Assembly: GCA_965216755.1 (NCBI GenBank)
Contig: CBDCGL010000011.1
Coordinates: 1,920,001 to 1,984,000, forward strand
From: Alphaproteobacteria bacterium
GTDB lineage: Bacteria > Pseudomonadota > Alphaproteobacteria > UBA7887
Reading direction: 5' to 3'
Length of the DNA stretch: 64,000 nucleotides
This document shows, piece after piece, positions 29,901 through 40,087 of this stretch (within the stretch, counting starts at the first letter, position 1; each line of letters starts with the position of its first letter). The position numbers and the translations under genes were made by a program. The notes below the pieces were generated by a model, which worked only from the letters and a program-made list of their open reading frames with translations, had not been told where the DNA came from and searched no databases.

Positions 29901-29947
29901 AGCCTATATGTAGCGCCACAAGCGACCTCGGTCACAAAATATTGGGG
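29901..29947 (+). promoter_or_regulatory. Tandem NrdR boxes upstream of nrdJ
   Basis: agcCTATATGTAGcgc (29901-29916) and tcaCAAAATATTGggg (29932-29947) fit the consensus acaCwAtATaTwGtgt and are offset by 31 bp, as is typical for NrdR box pairs. Confidence 0.8.
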
Positions 29948-30043
29948 GCTAATGGGACACATTCGGCGGTGTTCGGGCATCGCCAGACCGTTCAATGTGT
30001 CTCAACAACTAAAACCAGCTAGCGAACGGGTTTCGGGGGGTCT

Positions 30044-33000
30044 ATGCGAATCGATCGTCACTTTACCAGGGCCAATACGTCACCCTATGAGGGTATCGCG
30101 TTTCGGACGGCATCCAGCGAAATCCGCAATCCGGATGGTTCGGTGGTATTCCGCAATACCGATATCGACGTACCGGCGTCATGGTCACAGGTGGCCGTCG
30201 ATATCTTGGCACAAAAGTACTTTCGTAAGGCCGGAGTCCCGACCATCCTCAAGCGCGTCCCCGAGCCGGACGTGCCCGAATGGCTATGGCGGTCCGAAGC
30301 CGACCAAGATGCCTTGGCCACGAAACCCGAACAAGAACGCTTCGAAGGCGAAACGAAAGCCACACAAGTGTTCGACCGTATGGCCGGTACATGGACCTAT
30401 TGGGGCTGGCGGGGCGGCTATTTCACGTCGGAAGCAGATGCGCGCGCGTTCTATGACGAACTGCGCTTCATGCTTGCCCAACAGATGGCCGCCCCCAACA
30501 GCCCGCAATGGTTCAATACCGGATTGCATTGGGCATACGGCATCGACGGGCCGCCACAGGGACATTCTTATGTCGACCATAAAACCGGTGATCTGACTCG
30601 GTCGACGTCCGCCTACGAACATCCCCAACCACACGCCTGCTTTATCCAAAGTGTCGACGATGACTTGGTGAATGAAGGTGGGATCATGGATCTATGGGTC
30701 CGTGAAGCCCGGCTGTTCAAATATGGCTCCGGAACGGGCTCGAACTTCTCCAAATTGCGCGGCGAAGGCGAGCCCTTGAGCGGTGGCGGCAAATCATCCG
30801 GCCTGATGAGCTTTCTAAAGATCGGCGATCGCGCGGCGGGCGCCATCAAATCGGGCGGCACGACAAGACGCGCGGCAAAAATGGTGGTGGTCGATTGTGA
30901 CCATCCGGATATCGAGACATTCGTCAACTGGAAGTCGGTAGAGGAACAAAAAGTTGCCGCGCTTGTCGCAGGATCTAAAGCCACCGCCAAGCATCTCACG
31001 GCAGTGATGGAAGCCTGCCAAATCGGTGGCACCAGCCGATTTAGCCCCAAGGATAATCCGCAACTCAAGAAAGCGGTTGCGGCGGCACGGGCGGCGTCGA
31101 TACCGGAAACGATGATCCAACGGACCATAGAATTGGCCAAACAGGGGGTCGAAGAGATCATCTTCCCGATCTATGACACCGATTGGGATTCGGAAGCCTA
31201 CCTGACCGTTTCAGGACAAAACGCTAACAACACGGTGCGGGTCACCGATGCTTTTTTGGATGCGGTTGCCAACGGCGGCAAATGGACGCTGACCAGGCGC
31301 ACTGACGGCAGCGCTGCAAAAGTTATCGACGCGGCCGCTTTGTGGGCTGATATGGCGGCTGCCGCGTGGCAGTCCGCGGATCCCGGCGTGCAGTTTGATA
31401 CCACGATCAACGCGTGGCACACATGCCCGGCGGGTGGGCGGATCCGCGCCTCTAACCCGTGCTCTGAGTATATGTTCTTGGACAACACGGCATGCAATCT
31501 CGCATCGCTCAATTTGCTCGCGTTCCGCAATGCCGATGGCACCTACAACATCGATGGTTTCGTCCATGCGTCGCGTCTGTGGACTATCGTTCTCGAAATC
31601 TCGGTGTTGATGGCCCAATTCCCGTCAGCTGAAATTGCCCAACGCTCCCATGACTACCGTACGCTTGGGCTTGGCTTTGCCAATATCGGCGGTTTGCTGA
31701 TGAGTGCGGGTCTGCCCTATGACAGCGCCCCCGGTCGTGCCATGTGCGGCGCCATTTCAGCGATCATGACCGCAACCGCGTACGAAACGTCAGCCGAAAT
31801 GGCGGCATTGCTAGGGCCCTTTTCGCGCTACGCTGACAATCGTGAGTCGATGCTGCGCGTCATGCGAAATCATCGTCGGGCGGCGCATGGCCTGGCCGAA
31901 GGCTATGAGAGCCTTTCAACCCACCCGGTCCCGTTGGACATCGCGAACTGCCCCGATCCCAAATTGGCCGATCGCGCCGCCGAAGCTTGGGACAAGGCTG
32001 TCGCCGCGGGCGAAACGCACGGTTATCGCAATGCGCAAGCCACCGTCGTCGCGCCGACCGGCACAATCGGTTTGGTTATGGACTGCGATACAACCGGGAT
32101 AGAGCCGGATTTCGCCCTGGTCAAATTCAAGAAACTGGCCGGAGGCGGCTATTTCAAGATCATCAACCGGGTCGTCCCGATGGCGCTACGCAGTCTCGGC
32201 TACCGCGAAGACCAAATCGAGGACACGGTTACCTATGCGATCGGCAGCGGCAGCTTGGTCGATGCGCCTCATATCAACCATGGCACGCTGGCCAACAAGG
32301 GGTTCGACGAGGCTGCGCTCGAACGCATTGAAGCGGTGTTGGCGGATACTTTCGATATTCGCTTCGTGTTCAACAAATGGACGCTGGGCGCGGAATTTTG
32401 CCACGAGGGACTAGGCTTTTCCGACGTAGAAATGGCCGCCCCGGAATTCGACATGCTCACAGCCTTGGGCTTCAGCGCGTCCGAGATCGCGGCGGCAAAC
32501 CTCTACTGCTGCGGCGCGATGACCTTGGAGGGGGCACCCCACCTTAAGCAAGAGCACCTGCCCGTTTTCGATTGCGCGAATCCGTGCGGCGCCCGTGGCA
32601 CCCGTGCCCTGTCTTGGCAAAGCCACATCACGATGATGGCGGCGGCACAGCCATACATCTCGGGCGCGATTTCAAAGACGATCAATATGCCGCGCAGCGC
32701 GTCGATCGATGATTGTCGCGAAGCGCTTATGTTGTCTTGGCAACTCGGTCTAAAGGCCAACGCCCTTTATCGCGACGGTTCCAAACTCAGCCAGCCATTA
32801 AACCTTGCCGTCGAGGAGTCGCTTGAAAGCGACGACGAGCAGACGTCTGCGCCTCCCATCCAGGTGGTTAAACACGTGGTCGAAAAAGTCGTGCAACTGC
32901 GCGAGCGCGAGCGCCTACCCGACCGACGCAAGGGATACACACAAAAGGCGATCATCGGCGGGCACAAAGTCTATCTCCGGACCGGTGAGTATCGCGACGG

Positions 33001-33715
33001 ACGACTTGGCGAAATTTTCATCGACATGCACAAGGAAGGGGCCGCCTTTCGAAGCCTGATGAACAATTTCGCCATCGCCATTTCCATTGGCCTTCAATAT
33101 GGCGTGCCGCTCGAAGAGTTTGTGGAGGCGTTCACGTTCACGCGCTTTGAGCCCAGTGGCATCGTCGAAGGTAATGATACCATTCGCATGGCAACATCAA
33201 TCCTCGACTACGTTTTCCGGGAAGTGGCGATTTCGTATCTGGATCGGACGGATTTGGCTCATGTCGAGCCCGACGATTTGTTGCCCGACAGTTTGGGCGC
33301 GGGCGAACAGCAAAGCGAAATCGCCGGCGAAAACATGCCAAAGGCACCGGCGGCCACGGACATATCTGCCTATGTGAGCCCGGGATATGTTCGCGGACGC
33401 CTGCGCGTGGTGGATGGTGGAGCGACCAGCATCGTCAACAGCGCGATCGGCCGCGAAACTGTCCAGGCGCAACTCGGCGCCGCCGTTCACGACGGCACGT
33501 TTGAAATCGCCGCGGCCGCGGTTGCGGGCGACGCCAGTATAGCGGTCGCGGCCCATTATGATCGAGGTATCAACTCAGTTTCGAACCAAGTTCAAGAAGC
33601 CCGAGTCAAAGGATACGAAGGAGATCCATGCTCGGAATGCGGAAATTTTACTCTGGTGCGCAACGGGACCTGCCTGAAATGTGACACCTGTGGCGGTACC
33701 AGTGGGTGCTCCTAA
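30044..33715 (+). CDS. nrdJ: Vitamin B12-dependent (class II) ribonucleotide reductase
   Basis: [22 protein letters not shown] (thiyl Cys), APTGTI, SKTIN; TSCPD domain; C-terminal CSECG...[14 protein letters not shown]. Confidence 0.97.
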   Translation: MRIDRHFTRANTSPYEGIAFRTASSEIRNPDGSVVFRNTDIDVPASWSQVAVDILAQKYFRKAGVPTILKRVPEPDVPEWLWRSEADQDALATKPEQERFEGETKATQVFDRMAGTWTYWGWRGGYFTSEADARAFYDELRFMLAQQMAAPNSPQWFNTGLHWAYGIDGPPQGHSYVDHKTGDLTRSTSAYEHPQPHACFIQSVDDDLVNEGGIMDLWVREARLFKYGSGTGSNFSKLRGEGEPLSGGGKSSGLMSFLKIGDRAAGAIKSGGTTRRAAKMVVVDCDHPDIETFVNWKSVEEQKVAALVAGSKATAKHLTAVMEACQIGGTSRFSPKDNPQLKKAVAAARAASIPETMIQRTIELAKQGVEEIIFPIYDTDWDSEAYLTVSGQNANNTVRVTDAFLDAVANGGKWTLTRRTDGSAAKVIDAAALWADMAAAAWQSADPGVQFDTTINAWHTCPAGGRIRASNPCSEYMFLDNTACNLASLNLLAFRNADGTYNIDGFVHASRLWTIVLEISVLMAQFPSAEIAQRSHDYRTLGLGFANIGGLLMSAGLPYDSAPGRAMCGAISAIMTATAYETSAEMAALLGPFSRYADNRESMLRVMRNHRRAAHGLAEGYESLSTHPVPLDIANCPDPKLADRAAEAWDKAVAAGETHGYRNAQATVVAPTGTIGLVMDCDTTGIEPDFALVKFKKLAGGGYFKIINRVVPMALRSLGYREDQIEDTVTYAIGSGSLVDAPHINHGTLANKGFDEAALERIEAVLADTFDIRFVFNKWTLGAEFCHEGLGFSDVEMAAPEFDMLTALGFSASEIAAANLYCCGAMTLEGAPHLKQEHLPVFDCANPCGARGTRALSWQSHITMMAAAQPYISGAISKTINMPRSASIDDCREALMLSWQLGLKANALYRDGSKLSQPLNLAVEESLESDDEQTSAPPIQVVKHVVEKVVQLRERERLPDRRKGYTQKAIIGGHKVYLRTGEYRDGRLGEIFIDMHKEGAAFRSLMNNFAIAISIGLQYGVPLEEFVEAFTFTRFEPSGIVEGNDTIRMATSILDYVFREVAISYLDRTDLAHVEPDDLLPDSLGAGEQQSEIAGENMPKAPAATDISAYVSPGYVRGRLRVVDGGATSIVNSAIGRETVQAQLGAAVHDGTFEIAAAAVAGDASIAVAAHYDRGINSVSNQVQEARVKGYEGDPCSECGNFTLVRNGTCLKCDTCGGTSGCS

Positions 33716-33732
33716 CTGCCTGGGGAGCACAC

Positions 33733-33834
33733 GATCCGGGAAACCGGATCATTCGCCTGTGCATTCGCTGCTGTGGGGCGAATCCTCCTGAGCCTTTGGG
33801 AGCGTGGTCAAGGTAGGCACGTTCCCAATTTTTT
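33733..33834 (+). ncRNA. Candidate structured RNA in the nrdJ 3' region
   Basis: Three consecutive hairpins, with CCTCCT in a linker and a T-run after the third. Confidence 0.35.
33796..33834 (+). terminator. Rho-independent terminator downstream of nrdJ
   Basis: ttgggagcgtg / cacgttcccaa stem followed by TTTTTT. Confidence 0.7.
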
Positions 33835-33858
33835 GTTCTGACCTCTGCGAACAGACTT

Positions 33859-33896
33859 AAACGGGGTGCTGGTTTGGCCAGCCCCCGGTTTTCTTT
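33859..33896. terminator. Second GC-rich hairpin, possibly a bidirectional terminator
   Basis: aaacggggtgctgg-tttgg-ccagcccccggttttcttt between the convergent nrdJ and metalloprotease genes. Confidence 0.55.
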
Positions 33897-33926
33897 CCAG
33901 CAGTCTGGATCTTACCGCTGGCCGTT

Positions 33927-34919
33927 CTATTCGCCGCGGCAGTCTGGACGATAGAGTCGACACCGCATCATGGGTTCCGGCCCAAGACTACTGATCTTGG
34001 TTTCGAGGGCGGCGGCAAATTGCGGATCAGGATGGATCCCCTGCAACACGGCAGCCGTCCACTGGGCTTTGGCATGGCGATAGTCACCGGCGGCAAACAG
34101 CGCTCGCGAAAACAAAGCACGGTTGGCGCCCCAGGTCGGTGCATGCCGCGCCGCCCGCCAAAACGACGTCAGCGCGCGGTGCGTGTCGCGTCGCAACAAA
34201 GCGTCGCGGCCTTCGGTCGCCCAGGCGCTGGCCAGGGGATTTACGGCACCCGCCATATGTCCGCGGGCAAATATTCGGCTAATCCGAAACGCGGTTGGCC
34301 CGTCGATGCCAAGTACACCAGTGCCAAAATCGAAATCCCTCATCAGCTGTATCAGATCGTGGGTGATCGCATCAAAGCGCAATGTTCTGGCGCCGGCGGC
34401 GAACATCACCGATCGCGGGTCCGCAACGTGCCATGCACCGAACAAATGGCCGAGTTCGTGAGCTATGACGACGGGCATGTCATAGCCCGACACGCTGTGG
34501 CGGACCGCAACCGCCACATCACGAAAGGGCATGCCCGCCCCCGCGCTACCAACCGCCTGGCCGCTCAAGCCCAACAATACTTCGGCGGGGCCCGTTCCGA
34601 CCGTATGGCGTAGCGACGCAATCATCGCACGAACGTCGCGAATTTGGTCGTCCGAATGCCAATTCACAATGTCGGCGACTTGCCAGGAAATCGAAAATGC
34701 GCTCTCAAACGATCGGTTTACAGCCGTAATCCAAGCGTTCAGGTTACGGCGCCAAATCCCTTTGGCACGAAATTCCTCGTCTGCTGCAATCCGTAGGGTG
34801 ATTATCCGGTTTGGTTGCGACCTTTGCGCCAGGTCAATCCGATCATTGGCCAACGCGGTGCCGTCGCCGCCTAACACCAACGCGCCGACCATCGCAATTC
34901 CGCACCAAAAAAGTCTCAT
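33927..34919 (-). CDS. Secreted metzincin zinc metalloprotease (M12/reprolysin-like) with C-terminal TPR-like helices
   Basis: Signal peptide; HELGHLFGAWH extended zinc motif followed by an SVM Met-turn. Confidence 0.82.
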   Translation of the reverse strand: MRLFWCGIAMVGALVLGGDGTALANDRIDLAQRSQPNRIITLRIAADEEFRAKGIWRRNLNAWITAVNRSFESAFSISWQVADIVNWHSDDQIRDVRAMIASLRHTVGTGPAEVLLGLSGQAVGSAGAGMPFRDVAVAVRHSVSGYDMPVVIAHELGHLFGAWHVADPRSVMFAAGARTLRFDAITHDLIQLMRDFDFGTGVLGIDGPTAFRISRIFARGHMAGAVNPLASAWATEGRDALLRRDTHRALTSFWRAARHAPTWGANRALFSRALFAAGDYRHAKAQWTAAVLQGIHPDPQFAAALETKISSLGPEPMMRCRLYRPDCRGE

Positions 34920-35149
34920 GATCCGGTGACACTGCGACAAGCCAGCATATGGCGCGCCTTTGATACGACTTTCACGGTCTCCACCTACCCAACCTGTGTC
35001 CGCGACGTATATAGGATAATCAAGATGTTGGGCCCCCGTCCCCGGTCAATCGCCAGTTTCCCATTCCGATTCACAGAGGATCCATTTTTGCCATTGTTCG
35101 CGCCGCACCGCAGCAACCGTGCCACGGCCAAACGGAAGGCTCTCTAGGC

Positions 35150-36406
35150 ATGGCCACAAAGTCGGGCATGTCGTCGAAACCCCAAGTATGCATTGCGCGC
35201 AGCGAATCCGAACGCGCCGACATTTATCGCTTTCGCTACCGTCTGTTCGTCGAGGAGATGCATCGCGATCACTCGGCAGCTGATGCAAAACGCGAGATGA
35301 TGCGCGACCCCATGGACGATACGGGGTTGCATCTCTACATGGTCGTCGATGGGAAGGTCGTCGCAACAATCCGCCTAAATCTTGGAAAGTTGACGACATT
35401 TTCAGATGTGGTTCGGGGCGCCTACGCGCTGGACAAGTTCGTCGCTTTTCCAAGCGAGCAGATCTCAACGACCACGCAACTGATGGTGTCAGAGCGGTGG
35501 CGCTCAAGCAGCGTACCGGCGGTGCTGTTGGGCGCCACCTACAAGTTGGCCCGCCAGCAGGGCGTTCGTTTCGATTTCTGCCAATGTCCGCCATATCTGG
35601 TGCCGCTTTACGAACGCCTCGGTTATCGGCGCTATACCGATAACTTTGTCGACCCGGACACTGGCTACGCGGTGCCCATGGTCTTGCTGACTGAAGATCT
35701 CGACTATTTGCGAGCGTGCAAATCCCCATTCTTCCGCATCGCGTCTCAATTTCCAAATAACCGCAAGGCCGTAGAGTGGTTTCACAAGGAATTCCGTGAA
35801 GTCGCCATCGGAGCGCCCAGATCGAGCCTCAGCGAGGAAGATTTCTGGCAACTGCTGACCCAGAAACTGCACCAAATTCCGCTCGTTTCAATCCCTCTGC
35901 TCAAGGGTCTCAGTTACGAAGATGCCAAATCATTCCTAAATCGCGGCAGTGTGATGCACGCCAAATGCGGTGATGTCATCATGCGTGCCGGCGACTCGGG
36001 CAACGAAATGTTCGTGGTATTAAATGGTGCGGTGGAACTGCGCTCGATCGCCGACGATGGCACCGAGCATCTGCTCAACCGCCTGGATCAGGGCGAAATC
36101 TTCGGCGAATTAGGGCTCTTGGCCACAACGCCCCGGTCAGCCAATGTGGTCGCCGTGGCAGATTCTGAAGTCCTCATACTCACGCAAAACTTTTTCGAGC
36201 AAGTGATGAACAGCATGCCTGAAATCACGGTCAAGGTTCTGTTCAACCTGTGCCTTATCTTGTGTGAGCGACTAAAAGCGAGCAGCGACAATTGGATTGC
36301 CGCCATGATGTCGGATGCGGCCCGAACAGCCGCCAGCCAGCCCCACGGGCCAACGCCAACATCGGCCAAGCAAACCGAGAAAGTCGCTGCCAAAGCAGTA
36401 TCTTAA
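35150..36406 (+). CDS. GNAT-fold acyltransferase (FeeM/LuxI-like) fused to a C-terminal cyclic-nucleotide-binding domain
   Basis: IYRFRYRLFVEE...DPMD...VATIRL...LYERLGY in the N-terminal part; GDSGNEMFVVLNGAV...GEIFGELGLLATTPRSANVVA phosphate-binding cassette in the C-terminal part. Confidence 0.82.
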   Translation: MATKSGMSSKPQVCIARSESERADIYRFRYRLFVEEMHRDHSAADAKREMMRDPMDDTGLHLYMVVDGKVVATIRLNLGKLTTFSDVVRGAYALDKFVAFPSEQISTTTQLMVSERWRSSSVPAVLLGATYKLARQQGVRFDFCQCPPYLVPLYERLGYRRYTDNFVDPDTGYAVPMVLLTEDLDYLRACKSPFFRIASQFPNNRKAVEWFHKEFREVAIGAPRSSLSEEDFWQLLTQKLHQIPLVSIPLLKGLSYEDAKSFLNRGSVMHAKCGDVIMRAGDSGNEMFVVLNGAVELRSIADDGTEHLLNRLDQGEIFGELGLLATTPRSANVVAVADSEVLILTQNFFEQVMNSMPEITVKVLFNLCLILCERLKASSDNWIAAMMSDAARTAASQPHGPTPTSAKQTEKVAAKAVS

Positions 36407-36417
36407 CGTCTGAACTT

Positions 36418-38208
36418 TCAGTTCTGTTTAACCGGGGGCAGAGCCACCCGAACGTGAAGTTCCTTGAGCCGCTCTGACGGTACTTCCGCCGGCGCACGCA
36501 TCAGCAGATCCTGTGCCTGCTGGTTCATCGGAAACAAGATGACCTCGCGAATATTCGGCTGATCGGCGATGAGCATAACAATGCGATCGATACCCGGCGC
36601 CAACCCACCATGGGGCGGCGCACCAAATCGAAACGCCCGTAACATACCGCCAAACTTCTCTTCCACCTCTTCCGGGGCGTAACCGGCGATCCCGAATGCC
36701 TTGATCATGATGTCCGGTCTATGATTTCGGATCGCGCCAGATGACAGCTCAACGCCGTTGCACACAATGTCGTATTGATACGCGAGGATGCTCAGCGGAT
36801 CGTCGTTCTCCAAAGCCGCTAATCCGCCTTGGGGCATCGAAAAAGGATTGTGACTAAACTCAATTTTTCCGGTCGCTTCATCAAGTTCATAAAGTGGAAA
36901 ATCAACAGTCCAACAAAACTTGTAAACGCCCTGTTCGATGAGTTCGAGCGCCTCGCCTAAGCGCGTGCGAGCGGCGCCGGCGAATTTCTCGGCGTCCGAT
37001 TTCTTGTTGCAGACAAAAAAGATCGAATCTCCGGCGCCGAGGCCGGCGCGCTCGCGGATTAAGGCTTGCACATGGTCCGGTATAAACTTGGCGATCGGCC
37101 CCTTGCCGACACCGGAATCGTCAAACGTGATATAGCCGAGCCCAGGCGCCCCTTCGCTGCGCGCCCAATCGTTGAGCTTGTCGAAAAAGCTTCGCGGCTG
37201 TCCGGCCGATCCCGGACCTGGAATGCCGCGCACGACAGCGCCTTTTTCGATCGCGTTACGAAATGCCTTAAACTCCACGCCTTCCATTGTAAAACAATCA
37301 GTTAGATCACAAATTTCAATTGGGTTGCGAAGGTCGGGCTTGTCGGTGCCATATCGCAACAAGGCGTCCTTATAGGCAATCCTGGGAAATGGACGCGGTG
37401 TCACCGGCCAATCGGTGAACTCCTCGAAAACCTCGGCCAGGATCGGCTCGACGGTCGACAGCACGTCTTCTTGTGTGACGAACGCCATCTCTAAATCCAA
37501 TTGGTAGAATTCGCCGGGGCTGCGGTCGGCACGCGCATCTTCATCGCGAAAGCACGGCGCGATCTGGAAATAGCGATCAAAGCCGGAAACCATCACCAGT
37601 TGCTTGAATTGCTGTGGCGCCTGCGGCAACGCATAAAACTGTCCGGGATGTAACCGGCTGGGCACCAGGAAATCACGGGCGCCTTCCGGACTTGAAGACG
37701 TCAGTATGGGCGTCTGAAACTCACGGAAGCTGGCCTCGATCATGCGCCGGCGAATGCTCGCGATCACATCGTTGCGCAGCATGATATTGCGTTGCATCGC
37801 CTCTCGACGCAGGTCGAGAAATCGATAGGTAAGTCGCATTTCCTCCGAGTAGTCCTGATCGCCGGCGACTTGCATGGGCAGCACTTCGGCTTCCGACTCG
37901 ACATGAAAGTCGTTGATCGTGACCTCTATATGGCCAGTCGTCAGGGCAGGGTTGACGGTATCCTCGGTGCGGGCAACAACCGGCCCGCTGATTGTGACCA
38001 CACTCTCCGGGCGAACCGCCTCGGCGGCCTCGAAATGCGTATCACCGCTTTCCACGACACATTGGGTGATGCCGAAATGGTCACGCAAATCGATAAACAG
38101 CAGGTGGCCGTGATCGCGTTTGCGATGCACCCAGCCAGACAGGCGCACGGTGGTGCCAACGTGGGAAAGTTCCAATTCGCCACAAGTGTGGGTTCGATAG
38201 GGGTGCAT
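36418..38208 (-). CDS. aspS: Aspartate--tRNA ligase (probably non-discriminating)
   Basis: [47 protein letters not shown]. Confidence 0.97.
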   Translation of the reverse strand: MHPYRTHTCGELELSHVGTTVRLSGWVHRKRDHGHLLFIDLRDHFGITQCVVESGDTHFEAAEAVRPESVVTISGPVVARTEDTVNPALTTGHIEVTINDFHVESEAEVLPMQVAGDQDYSEEMRLTYRFLDLRREAMQRNIMLRNDVIASIRRRMIEASFREFQTPILTSSSPEGARDFLVPSRLHPGQFYALPQAPQQFKQLVMVSGFDRYFQIAPCFRDEDARADRSPGEFYQLDLEMAFVTQEDVLSTVEPILAEVFEEFTDWPVTPRPFPRIAYKDALLRYGTDKPDLRNPIEICDLTDCFTMEGVEFKAFRNAIEKGAVVRGIPGPGSAGQPRSFFDKLNDWARSEGAPGLGYITFDDSGVGKGPIAKFIPDHVQALIRERAGLGAGDSIFFVCNKKSDAEKFAGAARTRLGEALELIEQGVYKFCWTVDFPLYELDEATGKIEFSHNPFSMPQGGLAALENDDPLSILAYQYDIVCNGVELSSGAIRNHRPDIMIKAFGIAGYAPEEVEEKFGGMLRAFRFGAPPHGGLAPGIDRIVMLIADQPNIREVILFPMNQQAQDLLMRAPAEVPSERLKELHVRVALPPVKQN

Positions 38209-38317
38209 AAGCAGATACCGGTGTCGGGATGAAAGATGGCGGTTGTCGCCGATTGTGCCGCGGCGGATCATAGTGACGCCGCCGCCGAGGTCAAAGCGCT
38301 AACCGCGCCGATCTAGC

Positions 38318-38530
38318 CTATCGATCGGGCTGCTGCTCTCTGGGGACTTCGTAGCAGTCCGGCTGACCAATGGTCTCATAGCAGTAGACCTTGCGCGGCT
38401 TCTTCAGTACCACGGGTTTGGGATGCCCGGTGAACATGGTCCAGATACTGTCCTCGATCGATTTGACATGCTCGCCGCTACATGCCCAAAGGGAAAGTGA
38501 TAAAAGCAAAACACTCAAAATTCTGGGCAT
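38318..38530 (-). CDS. Small putative lipoprotein
   Basis: MPRILSVLLLSLSLWAC lipobox; C-terminal YCYETIGQPDCY Cys pair. Confidence 0.7.
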   Translation of the reverse strand: MPRILSVLLLSLSLWACSGEHVKSIEDSIWTMFTGHPKPVVLKKPRKVYCYETIGQPDCYEVPREQQPDR

Positions 38531-38602
38531 ATTCTTCGAAGCTCGCGTTTCGCGCTTGAGCATTTCACGCCCACATGCGTTCGCATGATATGCCCTATAT
38601 AT

Positions 38603-38616
38603 TTGATATTGATCAA
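38603..38616. promoter_or_regulatory. FNR/FixK-type binding site
   Basis: Perfect TTGAT-attg-ATCAA palindrome ~73 nt upstream of the lipoprotein start. Confidence 0.55.
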
Positions 38617-38999
38617 TTTAACCGCGCTCAAACGACGCCGTTTGAACGAAGATTGATCTGGTCTCGCCACAACAGTGTGACGACCACGCTTAACGAACGG
38701 TTTAGAAGACTGTTTGTCTGTGTCTTACGGATTCTCATAGTGTCGCCAAAGCATTTGAAATCGTTTCTCTTTTTCCGATTTACGGACACATTGATGAACA
38801 TACAGAATCCCTCCAATGAACTGGCGCCCATTTGGACCGGACAGTTGGCGTAAACAGGGAGGCTTAGGCTTAGCCCTAAACATATGCTTATGTCTGATGG
38901 TTTTCAGCGGATCGAAGTGTTCACAGGGATCGCACGCCGACGGCATTGGTCGGCCTAGCGAAAAGTGGGTCGGGGACATGGTTGTTCCGACTCTCCGCT

Positions 39000-39278
39000 T
39001 CAAGTCGGATGCGCCCGCGTTTAACGCGATTGCCGAATGCGACGGCTGCATTACAAGTCTCACCAAGCTATTGCAAGTTTCTTAGTCGATTCTGACCAAA
39101 TGCCCATCCTGATTATGTCATGCAAGACATCGTCAGGGCGGGCTGCAGGATTCATTCTTCTGACCGAGCCCAGCCGACGCAATGCAAGCGGAAGTGACTC
39201 GGCGGCAAGGGCCTTGGAGGCACACCAAAACGATTGAGTGCTCGTCAGGCAGCATTTCCAAGGATTTGAACATTCCAA
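39000..39278 (-). pseudogene. Possible degenerate response-regulator receiver remnant
   Basis: Fragments AAESLPLALRRL...ARPDDVLHDII and, in another frame, IALNAGASDL loosely resemble receiver-domain segments. Confidence 0.25.
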
Positions 39279-39371
39279 ACCGTTTCAAAAGCTTCGAAAA
39301 TGAGAAGATTTGCTCATGGGAAATTCGATTGTCAGCGATGGCACAAGCGTAAGAATAGGCGAAATCTCGGT

Positions 39372-39815
39372 ATGAATTTGTGGGCGCGTAACCTGGTTGT
39401 GCTGATGGCGATCTTTGGTCTCAGCGTGGGCGCCACGCAACCAGGCTTCAGCGGCGCCGGGGCGCCCCCCGACGGCCCGATCGACGCGATCGAGACAGGC
39501 GCTGATCTAAAATTCGCCTGCGGTCAGGAGGTCAAAGACTTCGAGGATGTGGTCGGCGAGAAAACCTATCGCTCCATGCTCATCGTTCAGTGCCGCGCTG
39601 TCGTGGGCACGATCGTGGGCATGATGGAAGCCGGTCAGTTTGCCTTGGATGATGCGCGAAAATGGCAGTGCGTTACGATTCCTGAGGACCTAAACGAAAT
39701 GTCGGCAGCTTTTGTAGCCTGGGTCGGACGCAAACCGGGCTTAATGCGGCGGTCGGCCGCAGTGGCCTTTGTCGAGGCGATCGAATCTAGTGCGCCGTGC
39801 AAAGAAGCTTCGTAG
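39372..39815 (+). CDS. Secreted Rap1a/Tai4-like immunity-family protein
   Basis: Signal peptide; TGADLKFAC...C...C...P...AAVAFVEAIESSAPC four-Cys pattern like Rap1a proteins. Confidence 0.6.
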   Translation: MNLWARNLVVLMAIFGLSVGATQPGFSGAGAPPDGPIDAIETGADLKFACGQEVKDFEDVVGEKTYRSMLIVQCRAVVGTIVGMMEAGQFALDDARKWQCVTIPEDLNEMSAAFVAWVGRKPGLMRRSAAVAFVEAIESSAPCKEAS

Positions 39816-39961
39816 AAGAGAACGGATCGTTTGGCGTAGATTGAAACAAGTGGACGATACTGTTTCTGAAAGTAGCATGCGCACGGTGGGATTGGCCGAT
39901 CGGCGGAACAAGACCGAGTTGCCGTTGGTGTGGCGATGACCCGGATATTAAGAAACCAGCC

Positions 39962-40087
39962 ATGAAATCGTTGGGTGCTGCACTTGCCCTAATGATGATC
40001 GCTGTTTCCGCGCGGGCGGCCACCACGATGCCGTGGAAGCTCAACGGTGGATATGCACCGCACTCGCCGATGGCGACAACTACTTAG
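39962..40087 (+). pseudogene. Truncated exported-protein fragment (signal peptide only)
   Basis: MKSLGAALALMMIAVSARA-ATTMPWKLNGG... 41 aa then stop; below the ORF-track cutoff. Confidence 0.35.

Noticed and set aside
29708-30043. Cobalamin riboswitch upstream of nrdJ
   Set aside because: No B12-box or other conserved cobalamin riboswitch elements seen; NrdR boxes explain the region
30044-33715. Intein in the long NrdJ
   Set aside because: The length is typical for alphaproteobacterial NrdJ with a TSCPD domain; no intein splice or LAGLIDADG motifs seen
38690-38704. CtrA-like site TTAA-N7-TTTA
   Set aside because: It is a single imperfect match in an AT-rich tract and could easily arise by chance
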